A DNA stretch of 64,000 nucleotides from contig CACLDE010000004.1 of NCBI GenBank assembly GCA_902605645.1, forward strand, positions 8,718 through 72,717, given 5' to 3'. Every line of letters starts with the position of its first letter. Position 1 is the first letter of the stretch. The position numbers were made by a program, and so were the translations under genes. The notes under the pieces are model-generated. The model had not been told where the DNA came from, did not search any database, and was given only the letters and a program-made list of their open reading frames with translations. Origin of the DNA: an uncultured Pelagibacteraceae bacterium (lineage in GTDB: Bacteria > Pseudomonadota > Alphaproteobacteria > Pelagibacterales > Pelagibacteraceae). Shown in pieces: positions 33,571 to 42,496 of this stretch.

Positions 33571-34635
33571 ATGAATAAAGTAAAACAAAAAGATTTAATG
33601 TTATATTCTGGCCTGATTATTTTAGGTTTAGCAGCACCTTTTTTATTCTCTGCTTTTAAAGTTCAGCTTACATATCTTTGCGTCTTAATCGTTCTTGCAA
33701 TGACGTGGAATTTGCAAGGTGGAGAAATGGGCTACAATAGCTTTGGAAATATTCTTTTCTACGGACTTGGAATGTATCTAACTGCTTCAGTTCAAGTGGG
33801 CATGTTTTTCCCGTTAGCAGAATGGACAGAAAGTGGTGGTGAAAAAACGTTTGTACACACTACAGCAGAATATTTTCAAGGAATTGGTGTTGGGTTATTA
33901 GTTGCAGCTATTGTTCCTACTATTGTTGCCGGTGCCATAGGTTATGCAATATTGGGTTTAAGAGGTCATTACTTTGCGATTTGTACTTTAGGTTTAGGAA
34001 TTGCAGCTGGTGAAATTGCTGGAGGAATAGAAATTATTGGAGCAGGTCAAGGTTTCACTACTCCACCTTTTCCAGCAGAAATAGTTGATCCTGAGGCAAG
34101 AGGACAATTTTTCTATTTCTTAAGTTTTTTAGTTTTAGTTTTAGCATTTATTTTTGTTAAATATATTTATGGCTCTAGATTTAGATTAATTTTAAATGCC
34201 ATAAGAGATAACGAAGATAAAGCAGAAGCAATGGGCATTCAAACAATGAAATATAAAATTGTTGGTTGGATGTGCTCTGCATTTTTCTGTGGTCTTGCTG
34301 GTGGAATTATGGGTGGACTAATTGGATATATAGACTCTACCGATGTTGCATTTGATGGAAGAGAGATGGGTGTATTCATGGTATTAATGGCGATACTTGG
34401 TGGCAAAGGAACTTTATGGGGACCAATTATTGGCGCCACTCTATTCCATTTCTTCAAAGAAGGACTTTGGACTTTTATATTAGGCTGGCAATATGTTGCG
34501 TTAGGAGTTTTAATTGTTGTTATTGTAGTTTATTTCCCAGAAGGATTGATGGGTTGGTTAAGAGAAAAATACCCAGAAAGATTTGGTGAAGTAATTGATG
34601 AAAAAGATCGTAAAGCACAGGTGGAATTAAAATGA
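33571..34635 (+). CDS. ABC permease, LivM type
   Basis: LRGHYFAI, AIRDNEDKAEAMG and ILGGKGTLWGP motifs. Confidence 0.9.
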   Translation: MNKVKQKDLMLYSGLIILGLAAPFLFSAFKVQLTYLCVLIVLAMTWNLQGGEMGYNSFGNILFYGLGMYLTASVQVGMFFPLAEWTESGGEKTFVHTTAEYFQGIGVGLLVAAIVPTIVAGAIGYAILGLRGHYFAICTLGLGIAAGEIAGGIEIIGAGQGFTTPPFPAEIVDPEARGQFFYFLSFLVLVLAFIFVKYIYGSRFRLILNAIRDNEDKAEAMGIQTMKYKIVGWMCSAFFCGLAGGIMGGLIGYIDSTDVAFDGREMGVFMVLMAILGGKGTLWGPIIGATLFHFFKEGLWTFILGWQYVALGVLIVVIVVYFPEGLMGWLREKYPERFGEVIDEKDRKAQVELK

Positions 34636-35366
34636 GTATTTTGGAAGTTAAAAGTGTAAGTAAATCTTTTGGTGGTGTGCAAGCCAACGTAGATATTTCT
34701 GTTTCGGTAGAACAAGGATCAATCGTTGGTTTAATTGGACCTAATGGTTCTGGAAAAACTACTTTATTTAATTCTATTGTAGGAACTCATCCAATAGACA
34801 AAGGATCTATTGTTTTCGATAATACAGAAGTATCAGAAATGCCTGTTCCAACAGTAGCTAAACTTGGTTTGTTAAGAACCTTTCAACAAACAAGAATTTA
34901 TTCAAAACTTAACTGCGTAGAGAATATGCTTATAAGTCACAAAGCTAGCGACTCAGGTTTTATTTTTGCGAAAATACCTACTGAGCTTACTGAAAAAGCA
35001 GAAAACCTTCTTAACTTTGTAGGTCTTTATCAAAAAAGAAATTTGAGAGCAGGGGATCTATCATTCGGACAGCAAAAATTATTAGAATTAGCAATGGCTT
35101 TAATGAATGAACCTAAAATGCTTTTACTAGACGAGCCTACAGCTGGAATTAACCCAACTCTAATTAACGGAATTATAGATAGATTGATCAAAATAAACAA
35201 GGATTATGGAATTACTTTATTGGTTATAGAACACAATATGAAAGTGATTATGAGTTTAGCTCAAAAAATTTTCTGTTTAGCGCATGGAAAAATGTTAGCA
35301 GATGGTACACCTGATCAAATTAAAAATGATAAGCGAGTTGTTGATGCTTATCTAGGAGCTCAGTAA
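34632..35366 (+). CDS. ABC ATPase, LivG type
   Basis: GPNGSGKTT, LSFGQQK, LLDEP and AYLG motifs. Confidence 0.92.
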   Translation: MSILEVKSVSKSFGGVQANVDISVSVEQGSIVGLIGPNGSGKTTLFNSIVGTHPIDKGSIVFDNTEVSEMPVPTVAKLGLLRTFQQTRIYSKLNCVENMLISHKASDSGFIFAKIPTELTEKAENLLNFVGLYQKRNLRAGDLSFGQQKLLELAMALMNEPKMLLLDEPTAGINPTLINGIIDRLIKINKDYGITLLVIEHNMKVIMSLAQKIFCLAHGKMLADGTPDQIKNDKRVVDAYLGAQ

Positions 35367-36151
35367 TGGCAAATCAATATGATGTTTTAGGTAAAGCACC
35401 TGGATTGGAAGACCTTAATAAATTATCTCCTAATGATGTTCATCTAACTATCAGAGGTTTAAACGCTGGGTATGGAAAAATGGAAATCCTTCACAACTTT
35501 GACTTGACCGTGAGTAAAGCCCAATCGTTATGTTTAATAGGTCCTAATGGAGCAGGAAAATCAACAATACTTCATTCTATTTATGGCTTTACGAATATTT
35601 TTGATGGAAAAATTGAATTAGAAGGTGATGAAATTACAAAATTAACTCCTGCACAAAAACTAAGTAAAGTTGGTATAGCTTATATCTTACAAGATAATTC
35701 AGTGTTTCCTGATATGACAGTTGAGGAAAATCTTTTAATGGGTGGTTATATTAAAGATAAACAGGATGAAGCTTACGAAGAAGCTGAGAGAATTTTTCAA
35801 AAATATGAAAGATTAAGAAATAGAAGAAATCAACCTGCAAAAGTTTTATCGGGCGGAGAGAGAAGATTGTTAGAGATCTCTAGAGCTTTAGTGATGAAAC
35901 CTTCAATTTTATTAGTTGATGAACCGTCAATTGGTTTAGAGCCTAAATATATAAATATGGTTTTTGAAATTTTAGAAGACCTTCAAAAAGCTGAAAAAAA
36001 AACTATTATTCTTGTAGAACAAAATGCTAAAAAAGGTTTAGAATTTGCTGATATCGGATACGTCTTAGTTTCAGGACAAACAGCAATTGCTGGTAAAGGG
36101 GACGATCTTTTAAAAAATCCTGATGTTGGAAGATTATTCCTTGGTGGATGA
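35366..36151 (+). CDS. ABC ATPase, LivF type
   Basis: GPNGAGKST, LSGGE and LVEQNA motifs. Confidence 0.92.
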   Translation: MANQYDVLGKAPGLEDLNKLSPNDVHLTIRGLNAGYGKMEILHNFDLTVSKAQSLCLIGPNGAGKSTILHSIYGFTNIFDGKIELEGDEITKLTPAQKLSKVGIAYILQDNSVFPDMTVEENLLMGGYIKDKQDEAYEEAERIFQKYERLRNRRNQPAKVLSGGERRLLEISRALVMKPSILLVDEPSIGLEPKYINMVFEILEDLQKAEKKTIILVEQNAKKGLEFADIGYVLVSGQTAIAGKGDDLLKNPDVGRLFLGG

Positions 36152-36852
36152 TAAATTCGAAAGTATTTTTTCAAGGTTTAACATCATTAAAAGGTTCTAG
36201 GAGTCCAGCAATCCCGCTTGCAGCCTGTTTCATTGCATTGGGAGCTTTATTAAAAGATGCTGGATTAAATATTCAACAAAGTGCTGCTTCAAGTTTATTT
36301 ACTTATGCCTTACCAGGCCAATTAGTAATGGCCGAGTCATTATTGGTGGGTGCTTCCGTAATTAATATATTTATAGCAGTATGGTTAGTAAATTTTCGAC
36401 TTTATCCGATGACTGTTTCATTGTTTCCTCTTTTAAATCATACGTCCCAACCTAAGTGGAAATATTACTTATCCTGTCATTTTTTAGCTGTTTCATCCTG
36501 GTTGATTGCAAAAGATAGTTATAAAAAAATTAATAAAAAACACAGGATAGATTTTTGGATTGGTATAGGTATCGGCACTTGGTCAACAGCCATTTTAATG
36601 ACTGTAATTGGATATTTAGCGGCTGATTACTTAAATAAAGATATGTTGATAGGTTTAGCAATTGTAAACCCAGTCTATTTTTTTTGTATGATGATAGGTG
36701 CGATGAAAAACTTAAGTATATCTTTAGCAGTAATTCTTGGAACAGTATTAGGACCACTAATTTATTTAATTTCTACAGAATGGGCTTTATTATTTGCTGG
36801 ATTAATAGCTGGTTCAATTGCTTTTTTATTTAGCGAGAAAAATGGAAAATAG
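36148..36852 (+). CDS. azlC: AzlC family permease/exporter
   Basis: YALPGQ and LVNFR motifs; hydrophobic; followed by a small partner. Confidence 0.8.
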   Translation: MINSKVFFQGLTSLKGSRSPAIPLAACFIALGALLKDAGLNIQQSAASSLFTYALPGQLVMAESLLVGASVINIFIAVWLVNFRLYPMTVSLFPLLNHTSQPKWKYYLSCHFLAVSSWLIAKDSYKKINKKHRIDFWIGIGIGTWSTAILMTVIGYLAADYLNKDMLIGLAIVNPVYFFCMMIGAMKNLSISLAVILGTVLGPLIYLISTEWALLFAGLIAGSIAFLFSEKNGK

Positions 36853-37162
36853 TCAAATTATAATCTTAGCAATCATCGCTACCTCTTTAGCAACTTTCAT
36901 TTCAAGATTTATGGGAGCTTTAACGTCAGAGAAAGTCAGTGTGAAATCAAAAATTTTTCAATGGTTTAACTGCGTAGCTTACTCAACATTAGCTGCTCTA
37001 TTGGGTAGAATGATAATATTTCCTGCGGGGATTTTAGCAGAGTCAGACTTAATTATTAGAATAGTAGTGGTTTTTATATGTGTAACAATTTTTTTAATAT
37101 CTAAAAAAAATTTAGTAATTCCTACAGTTTTTTCGGCAATCTTCCTAAGTATATTAAGTTAA
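36842..37162 (+). CDS. azlD: AzlD domain-containing protein
   Basis: Small membrane protein with TFISR and WFNCVAYSTLAAL, overlapping azlC. Confidence 0.75.
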   Translation: MENSQIIILAIIATSLATFISRFMGALTSEKVSVKSKIFQWFNCVAYSTLAALLGRMIIFPAGILAESDLIIRIVVVFICVTIFLISKKNLVIPTVFSAIFLSILS

Positions 37163-37172
37163 TTTTTTAATG

Positions 37173-37200
37173 TTGAACATTAAGATATTTTAGGTAAACT
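37173..37200 (+). promoter_or_regulatory. Sigma70 promoter giving a probably leaderless csiD mRNA
   Basis: TTGAAC-16 nt-TAAACT, then 6 nt, then ATG; no SD. Confidence 0.6.
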
Positions 37201-37206
37201 AAATAG

Positions 37207-38100
37207 ATGAGTTTTACAATTAAACAACATTTAAATTCTAAACGAGTTCATGTAATCACACTTCAAGAAAGTGATTTAGATAAGCTTATCTTTCCTTTTA
37301 AAAAACATAGTATTACTTCATTAGAGTACAAACCTTTTTCAAGATTTACTTTAGCTAAAAGTTTAGATGAGGTTTTTGAAGGCAAGCTTAGCAAATCTTT
37401 AGTAAAGATATTAAATGATAGAGAATCTGGTACAGCAATAATTGAGCCTGAAATTAATAATAAAAAATTTGATAAAGATTTTTTAGTTAAACTTTCTACA
37501 GGCCTAGCTTATTTAGTTGGTAATCCAAATTTTGACTCAATGACTGGTAAATATTATGCAAGGTTTTCTGTTAAACACCAAGATAGCAGCGACTCATATC
37601 TCAGAAAAGCTTACACAAATTTAGATCTTCATACTGATGGTACTTATGTAAAAGAAAAAACAGATTGGTTAATCATGACCAAAATGGAAGAGCAAAATGT
37701 TAATGGAGGAGATAGTGTGATTTTACATTTAGATGACTGGGAGCATTTAGATGAATTAAGTAACGATCCCGTTGGCCGACAAAATTTTATATGGGGATCA
37801 CCAAAGAGTAAAAATATTGACTATAAAGTAGAGCATCCAGTATTTTCAAAAGACAAAAATGGAAAACCTATAATTTCTTATATTGATCAATTTCCTGAGC
37901 CTCAAAACATGAAACAAGGATTATTTTTACAAAAATTATCGGACGCATTAGAAGAAAGTAAAAACAAAATAAGCTTTCCATTACCCGTAGGCTCGACCAT
38001 TTTCTCAAATAATTACTTTTGGTTACACGGAAGACGAGCGTTTAAAGAGCATTCTGGTCTTTCAAGAGAATTATTAAGGATAAGAGGTACTTTTTTTTAA
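37207..38100 (+). CDS. glaH: Glutarate 2-hydroxylase (CsiD/GlaH), Fe(II)/2-oxoglutarate dioxygenase
   Basis: LEYKPFSRF, NFDSMTGKYYARF, DSYLR, LHTDGTYV (HxD), LHLDDW, NNYFWLHGR and RELLRIRG motifs. Confidence 0.92.
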   Translation: MSFTIKQHLNSKRVHVITLQESDLDKLIFPFKKHSITSLEYKPFSRFTLAKSLDEVFEGKLSKSLVKILNDRESGTAIIEPEINNKKFDKDFLVKLSTGLAYLVGNPNFDSMTGKYYARFSVKHQDSSDSYLRKAYTNLDLHTDGTYVKEKTDWLIMTKMEEQNVNGGDSVILHLDDWEHLDELSNDPVGRQNFIWGSPKSKNIDYKVEHPVFSKDKNGKPIISYIDQFPEPQNMKQGLFLQKLSDALEESKNKISFPLPVGSTIFSNNYFWLHGRRAFKEHSGLSRELLRIRGTFF

Positions 38101-38272
38101 ATAATCGAAAATTAGGGTTTTTTTTTAAAAAAACATCTGAATAGTTGCAAAAATATCACAAAAAAAGTCAATAAAATAGGGATAAATTTGAACCAGTCAG
38201 CATTAATTTAATTGACCCATAGATGAATTATGATAATTGTTTCTGTAAGTTAACTTATTTTAAGGATTAAAA

Positions 38273-38938
38273 ATGAAAAGATTTATAACAATATTGTTAT
38301 CTTTTTTATTTATATCGTTTCAATCAGCTAAAGCTGAAGTTGGTTTTGGTATATCTGGTGCTTATCACATGATTGATGTATCAGGTACAGAAACAACACG
38401 TAACAGTGGTGAGAAGAATAATGGATCACATTCTGAGGACGTTTTAGTTCCAGAATTGTTTCTAGAAGCTATCACTGATGGCGGAGCCGCAATAGGAGTT
38501 TCATATATCCCAACAAGAGAAATGGGAAGTAAGTCTAGAACAGATACGAATCCTACTGCTGCTGACAGCGGAAATGATGCAGGTACTTACAAAGCATCAG
38601 CTGAGTTAGATAATGTAGTCCAATTTTATGTTGATTACCCATTTGCAGATGCTTATGGAGCAACTATATACGGTAAAGTTGGAGTTCAACATGCTACTAT
38701 AGTAACATTAGAATCTCTTAATTCTGGATCAACGTATCCGGATGAAGATGTTTTAGGTTTGACTTTAGGTCTAGGTGCTAAAGGTGATCTTCCTTATGGA
38801 AACCTTTATTACAAAGCCGAAGCTGCATTTACTGATTTTGAAGATTATACAGAAAACGACAGCACTAACACTGGTAACAAAGTTACAGCTGAATTAGAGG
38901 ACGTTTCTGTAAAATTATCTGTAGGATATAAATTTTAA
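38273..38938 (+). CDS. Outer-membrane beta-barrel protein (small OMP/porin-like)
   Basis: Signal peptide AKA|EV, amphipathic strands, C-terminal beta-signal VGYKF, AAGGA SD, own terminator. Confidence 0.75.
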   Translation: MKRFITILLSFLFISFQSAKAEVGFGISGAYHMIDVSGTETTRNSGEKNNGSHSEDVLVPELFLEAITDGGAAIGVSYIPTREMGSKSRTDTNPTAADSGNDAGTYKASAELDNVVQFYVDYPFADAYGATIYGKVGVQHATIVTLESLNSGSTYPDEDVLGLTLGLGAKGDLPYGNLYYKAEAAFTDFEDYTENDSTNTGNKVTAELEDVSVKLSVGYKF

Positions 38939-38952
38939 AGACGAAAAAGTTT

Positions 38953-38983
38953 AAAAAAAGCCCACAATACTGTGGGCTTTTTT
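38953..38983 (+). terminator. Intrinsic terminator (bidirectional shape)
   Basis: A7-GCCCACA-ATAC-TGTGGGC-T6. Confidence 0.9.
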
Positions 38984-39074
38984 ATCTAATAATAGATTTT
39001 ACCTCACTAAACCATATTGACTCTTACTCATTAATTAATTTTAATTGGTTATTAACAACAAACGGGAGAAATAT

Positions 39075-40055
39075 ATGTTTAATAAATTTAAAAAATTTAT
39101 CAGCCTAGTATTTGCTACTGTTCTTCTAACTTCAATCTCATCAACAAGCTTTGCAATCGATAAGTTACACTTTATTATCGGTGGTGGTGCTGGTGGTGGT
39201 TGGGATGGAACTGCTAGAGGAACAGGTGAAGCTTTAACAAAAGCTGGTTTTCTAAAAAGCGCATCATTCGAAAATATGTCAGGTGGTGGTGGAGGAAAAG
39301 CACTATCTTACATAATCAATACTAAACCTGAAGGAACTGTATTAGTTCAATCTACACCTTTGGTATTAAGATCAATTACAAGACATAAAGGTTATGTAGC
39401 TGGATCTGGTGTATTATCTTATAAAGATGTTAAGCCAATAGCTGGTGTAATAGGTGACTACGGTGCTATCGCAGTTGCTAAAAACTCACCATACAAAAAT
39501 TTTAAAGATGTAGTTGATGCTTACAACGCAAATCCTAAGTCAATTAAAATGGCTGGCGGTTCTGTGAGAGGAAGTATGGACCATTTAATAGGAGCACTTG
39601 CATTTAAAAAAGCAGGAGCTGATGCAAACAAAGTTGTTTACGTTCCTTATGATGCAGGTGGAAAAGCATTAGCTGGACTTTTATCGGGAGAGACTCAAAT
39701 TCTTTCAACTGGTTTGGGAGAAGTTATGGGTGCTAGAGATCAAGTAAGAATTATTGGTATTACTGCACCTAATAGAGTCGGCGATGCCCCTGAAGTTCCT
39801 ACTTTAAAAGAACAAGGATACGATGTTCAGTTTGTAAACTGGAGAGGATTCTTTGCTCCTAAAAGTATGAGCGGTGGTGATGTTAAGAAAATTGCTAAGA
39901 TGTTAGGCGATGTTCAAAAAACACCTGAGTGGGAAGCAGTTAGAAAAAGAAATGCATGGGTAAATATTTATAACCCAGGTAGTAAATTTGACAAATTCTT
40001 AAAAAAACAAACTAAGGAAATGACAAATTTAATGAAAGAACTAGGAGTAATTTAG
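39075..40055 (+). CDS. tctC: Tripartite tricarboxylate transporter substrate-binding protein
   Basis: GGGAGGGWDGTAR, ENMSGGGG, VPTLKEQG and NWRGFF motifs; GGGAG SD before ATG 39075. Confidence 0.92.
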   Translation: MFNKFKKFISLVFATVLLTSISSTSFAIDKLHFIIGGGAGGGWDGTARGTGEALTKAGFLKSASFENMSGGGGGKALSYIINTKPEGTVLVQSTPLVLRSITRHKGYVAGSGVLSYKDVKPIAGVIGDYGAIAVAKNSPYKNFKDVVDAYNANPKSIKMAGGSVRGSMDHLIGALAFKKAGADANKVVYVPYDAGGKALAGLLSGETQILSTGLGEVMGARDQVRIIGITAPNRVGDAPEVPTLKEQGYDVQFVNWRGFFAPKSMSGGDVKKIAKMLGDVQKTPEWEAVRKRNAWVNIYNPGSKFDKFLKKQTKEMTNLMKELGVI

Positions 40056-40089
40056 TTAACTAAATTCTTCAAACTTTAAAGGGAGAGCA

Positions 40090-40560
40090 GTGAAAATAAA
40101 TTCAGTAAAAATTATCTCACTGCTCTTCTTTGTTTTATCAGCGTTTTATTTATACACTGCATATCAAATTCAAGTCTTCGCTTTTGATGAAGATGCTCCT
40201 TTCAATGCCAAAACTTTTCCTATTTATCTTGGTTATGTAGGAATGTTTTTTTCTGGATTAAAGATGGTTTTACCTGATCAAAAACCAATTGAAATTAATC
40301 CAACAAATTTAGAGTTTAAAAAAACAATTTTACTAGTTATCACTATGATATTTTATGGAGCCACAATACTTAAAGTAGGTTTCTTTTTATCGACATCATT
40401 ATTTTTAGTTTTTTCTTATTATTTTTTAGGTGAGAGAAGGTGGAAATATATTTTAATTTTTTCTTTCCCATTCGTTGCAATTTTTATGTACTTACTTCAC
40501 GGGTTATTGGCCGTCTACCTTAGAGATCCTTTGTTAAAATATATAGGGATTATGGGATGA
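40090..40560 (+). CDS. tctB: Tripartite tricarboxylate transporter small subunit
   Basis: About 4 TM segments, TFP motif, between tctC and tctA. Confidence 0.85.
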   Translation: MKINSVKIISLLFFVLSAFYLYTAYQIQVFAFDEDAPFNAKTFPIYLGYVGMFFSGLKMVLPDQKPIEINPTNLEFKKTILLVITMIFYGATILKVGFFLSTSLFLVFSYYFLGERRWKYILIFSFPFVAIFMYLLHGLLAVYLRDPLLKYIGIMG

Positions 40561-42056
40561 TTGAAGGAATTTTAATAGGAATAAAAACTGCTTTATCCTT
40601 TCAAAACCTTTTAATGGTAATGATTGGTTGCTTTGCAGGAACCATTATTGGAATGCTTCCAGGCTTAGGCCCCATGACTGCAATTGCATTAATGATCCCT
40701 ATCACCTATGGATTTGATCCAGCTACTGGCCTGATCTTAATGGCTGGAGTTTATTACGGAGCAGTTTTCGGTGGATCTACATCTTCAATTTTAATTAATG
40801 CACCAGGTGTACCGGGCACCGTAGCTACATCTTTCGATGGCTATCCTATGGCACAACAAGGTAAAGCAGGTAAAGCTTTGGCAATAGCAGCTTATAGCTC
40901 TTTTGCTGGAGGAACAATAGCAGCAATATTTTTGTTAATAGCAGCTCCTAGTCTATCAAAAGTAAGCTTATCATTTAGGTCGCCAGATTATTTTGGCTTA
41001 ATGATTTTAGGTTTAACAGCTGTTGCTGCTTTCTCGTCAAAAGGTAATTTTTTAAAAGCAATGATGATGTGTGTTTTAGGATTAATGCTAGCATCGGTGG
41101 GTCAAGATACATTATCTGATATTCCTCGTTTTACTTTTAATACAATGAATTTGTCTGATGGAATAAGTTTCGTTTTAGTTGTTATGGCTACTTTTGCTAT
41201 GAGTGAAGCTTTAACTATTATTCTAAAAAAAAATGACCCTACTAAAGCAGCTAAACAAATATCATTAACAGATTTAGGTTCAATTAAAGTAAGCAGAGAA
41301 GAGACAAAACAAATGGCCAAAACTATACCGCGTTCCTCTATTTTAGGATTTATAGTTGGAGTTTTACCTGGGGCAGGGGCAACAATAGCTTCTTTTTTAG
41401 CTTATGGAATGGAGAGAAACTTTGTTAACAATGAGGAAAAAGAAAAATTTGGTAAAGGAAGCGTACAAGGTTTATCAGCACCTGAAACAGCAAATAATGC
41501 TGCATGCTCTGGAGCATTTGTACCATTACTTACTTTAGGAATACCAGGAAGTGGAACCACTGCTGTCATGTTAGGAGCATTGTTAGGTTTTGGTATTCAA
41601 CCAGGACCAAGATTATATGAGACTAATCCAGAGATATTTTGGTCTGTGATTATGTCTATGTACATAGGAATGGTTGTTCTTCTAATATTAAATCTTCCGC
41701 TTATTCCTTATATTGCAAGAATTCTTGCGGTGCCTAGAACTTTCTTAATACCAATGATTTTATTTTTTTCTGTTACTGGAATTTATTTAATGTCATTTAA
41801 TAATTTCGATATTTTTTTAATGATCGGCATTGCAGTTGTAGCAACTATTTTAAGATTATATGATTTCCCTATGCCTCCTTTAATTTTAGCATTTGTATTA
41901 GGGGGTTTAATGGAAGAAAACCTGAGAAGATCACTTCTTATAAGTGACGGCTCTTGGTCTTTTCTTTACAACAGACCGTTAACTCTTTGTATAATGATTG
42001 TAATTTTAGCTATAGTTATTTGGCAAGTTTATAATAGTTTTGTTAAAAAAAAATAA
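40557..42056 (+). CDS. tctA: Tripartite tricarboxylate transporter large subunit
   Basis: GMLPGLG, FGGSTSSILINAPG, APETANNA and LTLGIPGS motifs. Confidence 0.95.
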   Translation: MIEGILIGIKTALSFQNLLMVMIGCFAGTIIGMLPGLGPMTAIALMIPITYGFDPATGLILMAGVYYGAVFGGSTSSILINAPGVPGTVATSFDGYPMAQQGKAGKALAIAAYSSFAGGTIAAIFLLIAAPSLSKVSLSFRSPDYFGLMILGLTAVAAFSSKGNFLKAMMMCVLGLMLASVGQDTLSDIPRFTFNTMNLSDGISFVLVVMATFAMSEALTIILKKNDPTKAAKQISLTDLGSIKVSREETKQMAKTIPRSSILGFIVGVLPGAGATIASFLAYGMERNFVNNEEKEKFGKGSVQGLSAPETANNAACSGAFVPLLTLGIPGSGTTAVMLGALLGFGIQPGPRLYETNPEIFWSVIMSMYIGMVVLLILNLPLIPYIARILAVPRTFLIPMILFFSVTGIYLMSFNNFDIFLMIGIAVVATILRLYDFPMPPLILAFVLGGLMEENLRRSLLISDGSWSFLYNRPLTLCIMIVILAIVIWQVYNSFVKKK

Positions 42057-42059
42057 CTT

Positions 42060-42446
42060 TTATAAACGAACATATTTTTTTTTCTTTTCTAAAGAAAAGT
42101 CTTTTGCACCGTTAACAACTAAAAACAGCATACCTCCAGCAAGACCTACGTTTTTTAAGAATGCAATAACCTGCATTTGATCAGAGAAATCAAAATGAAA
42201 AATGAAAGCCGTCGATAAAGAGAACAATAACAGACCTCCCGCAGCAATCCGGGTTTGATATCCAATAATAACCATAAGAGGGAATAATATTTCAATTATA
42301 ATTGCTGGAATTAATAAAATACCTGGAATACCATATCCTTCCATCCAGCCTACTGTTCCATCATAATTTAAAATTTTATTAATCCCGCTAAATAAAAAAA
42401 TAGCCGAAATCATTAACCTTCCAATTAAGTCGAATAAATTTGCCAT
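42060..42446 (-). CDS. DoxX family membrane protein
   Basis: GRLMISAIFLFSG.NKI, FH and FLKNVGLAGG motifs. Confidence 0.88.
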   Translation of the reverse strand: MANLFDLIGRLMISAIFLFSGINKILNYDGTVGWMEGYGIPGILLIPAIIIEILFPLMVIIGYQTRIAAGGLLLFSLSTAFIFHFDFSDQMQVIAFLKNVGLAGGMLFLVVNGAKDFSLEKKKKYVRL

Positions 42447-42450
42447 ATCA

Positions 42451-42480
42451 AATTTAACTCTAAAATTTAATTAATGTCAA
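42451..42480 (-). promoter_or_regulatory. Sigma70 promoter of the doxX-like gene
   Basis: Perfect TTGACA, 18 nt, TAAATT, then 4 nt to the ATG. Confidence 0.55.
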
Positions 42481-42496
42481 AAACGAGTGGTTAAAA

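Noticed and set aside
39041-39056. CtrA-like box TTAA-N7-TTAAC upstream of tctC
   Set aside because: Expected by chance in AT-rich DNA, single instance, implausible target
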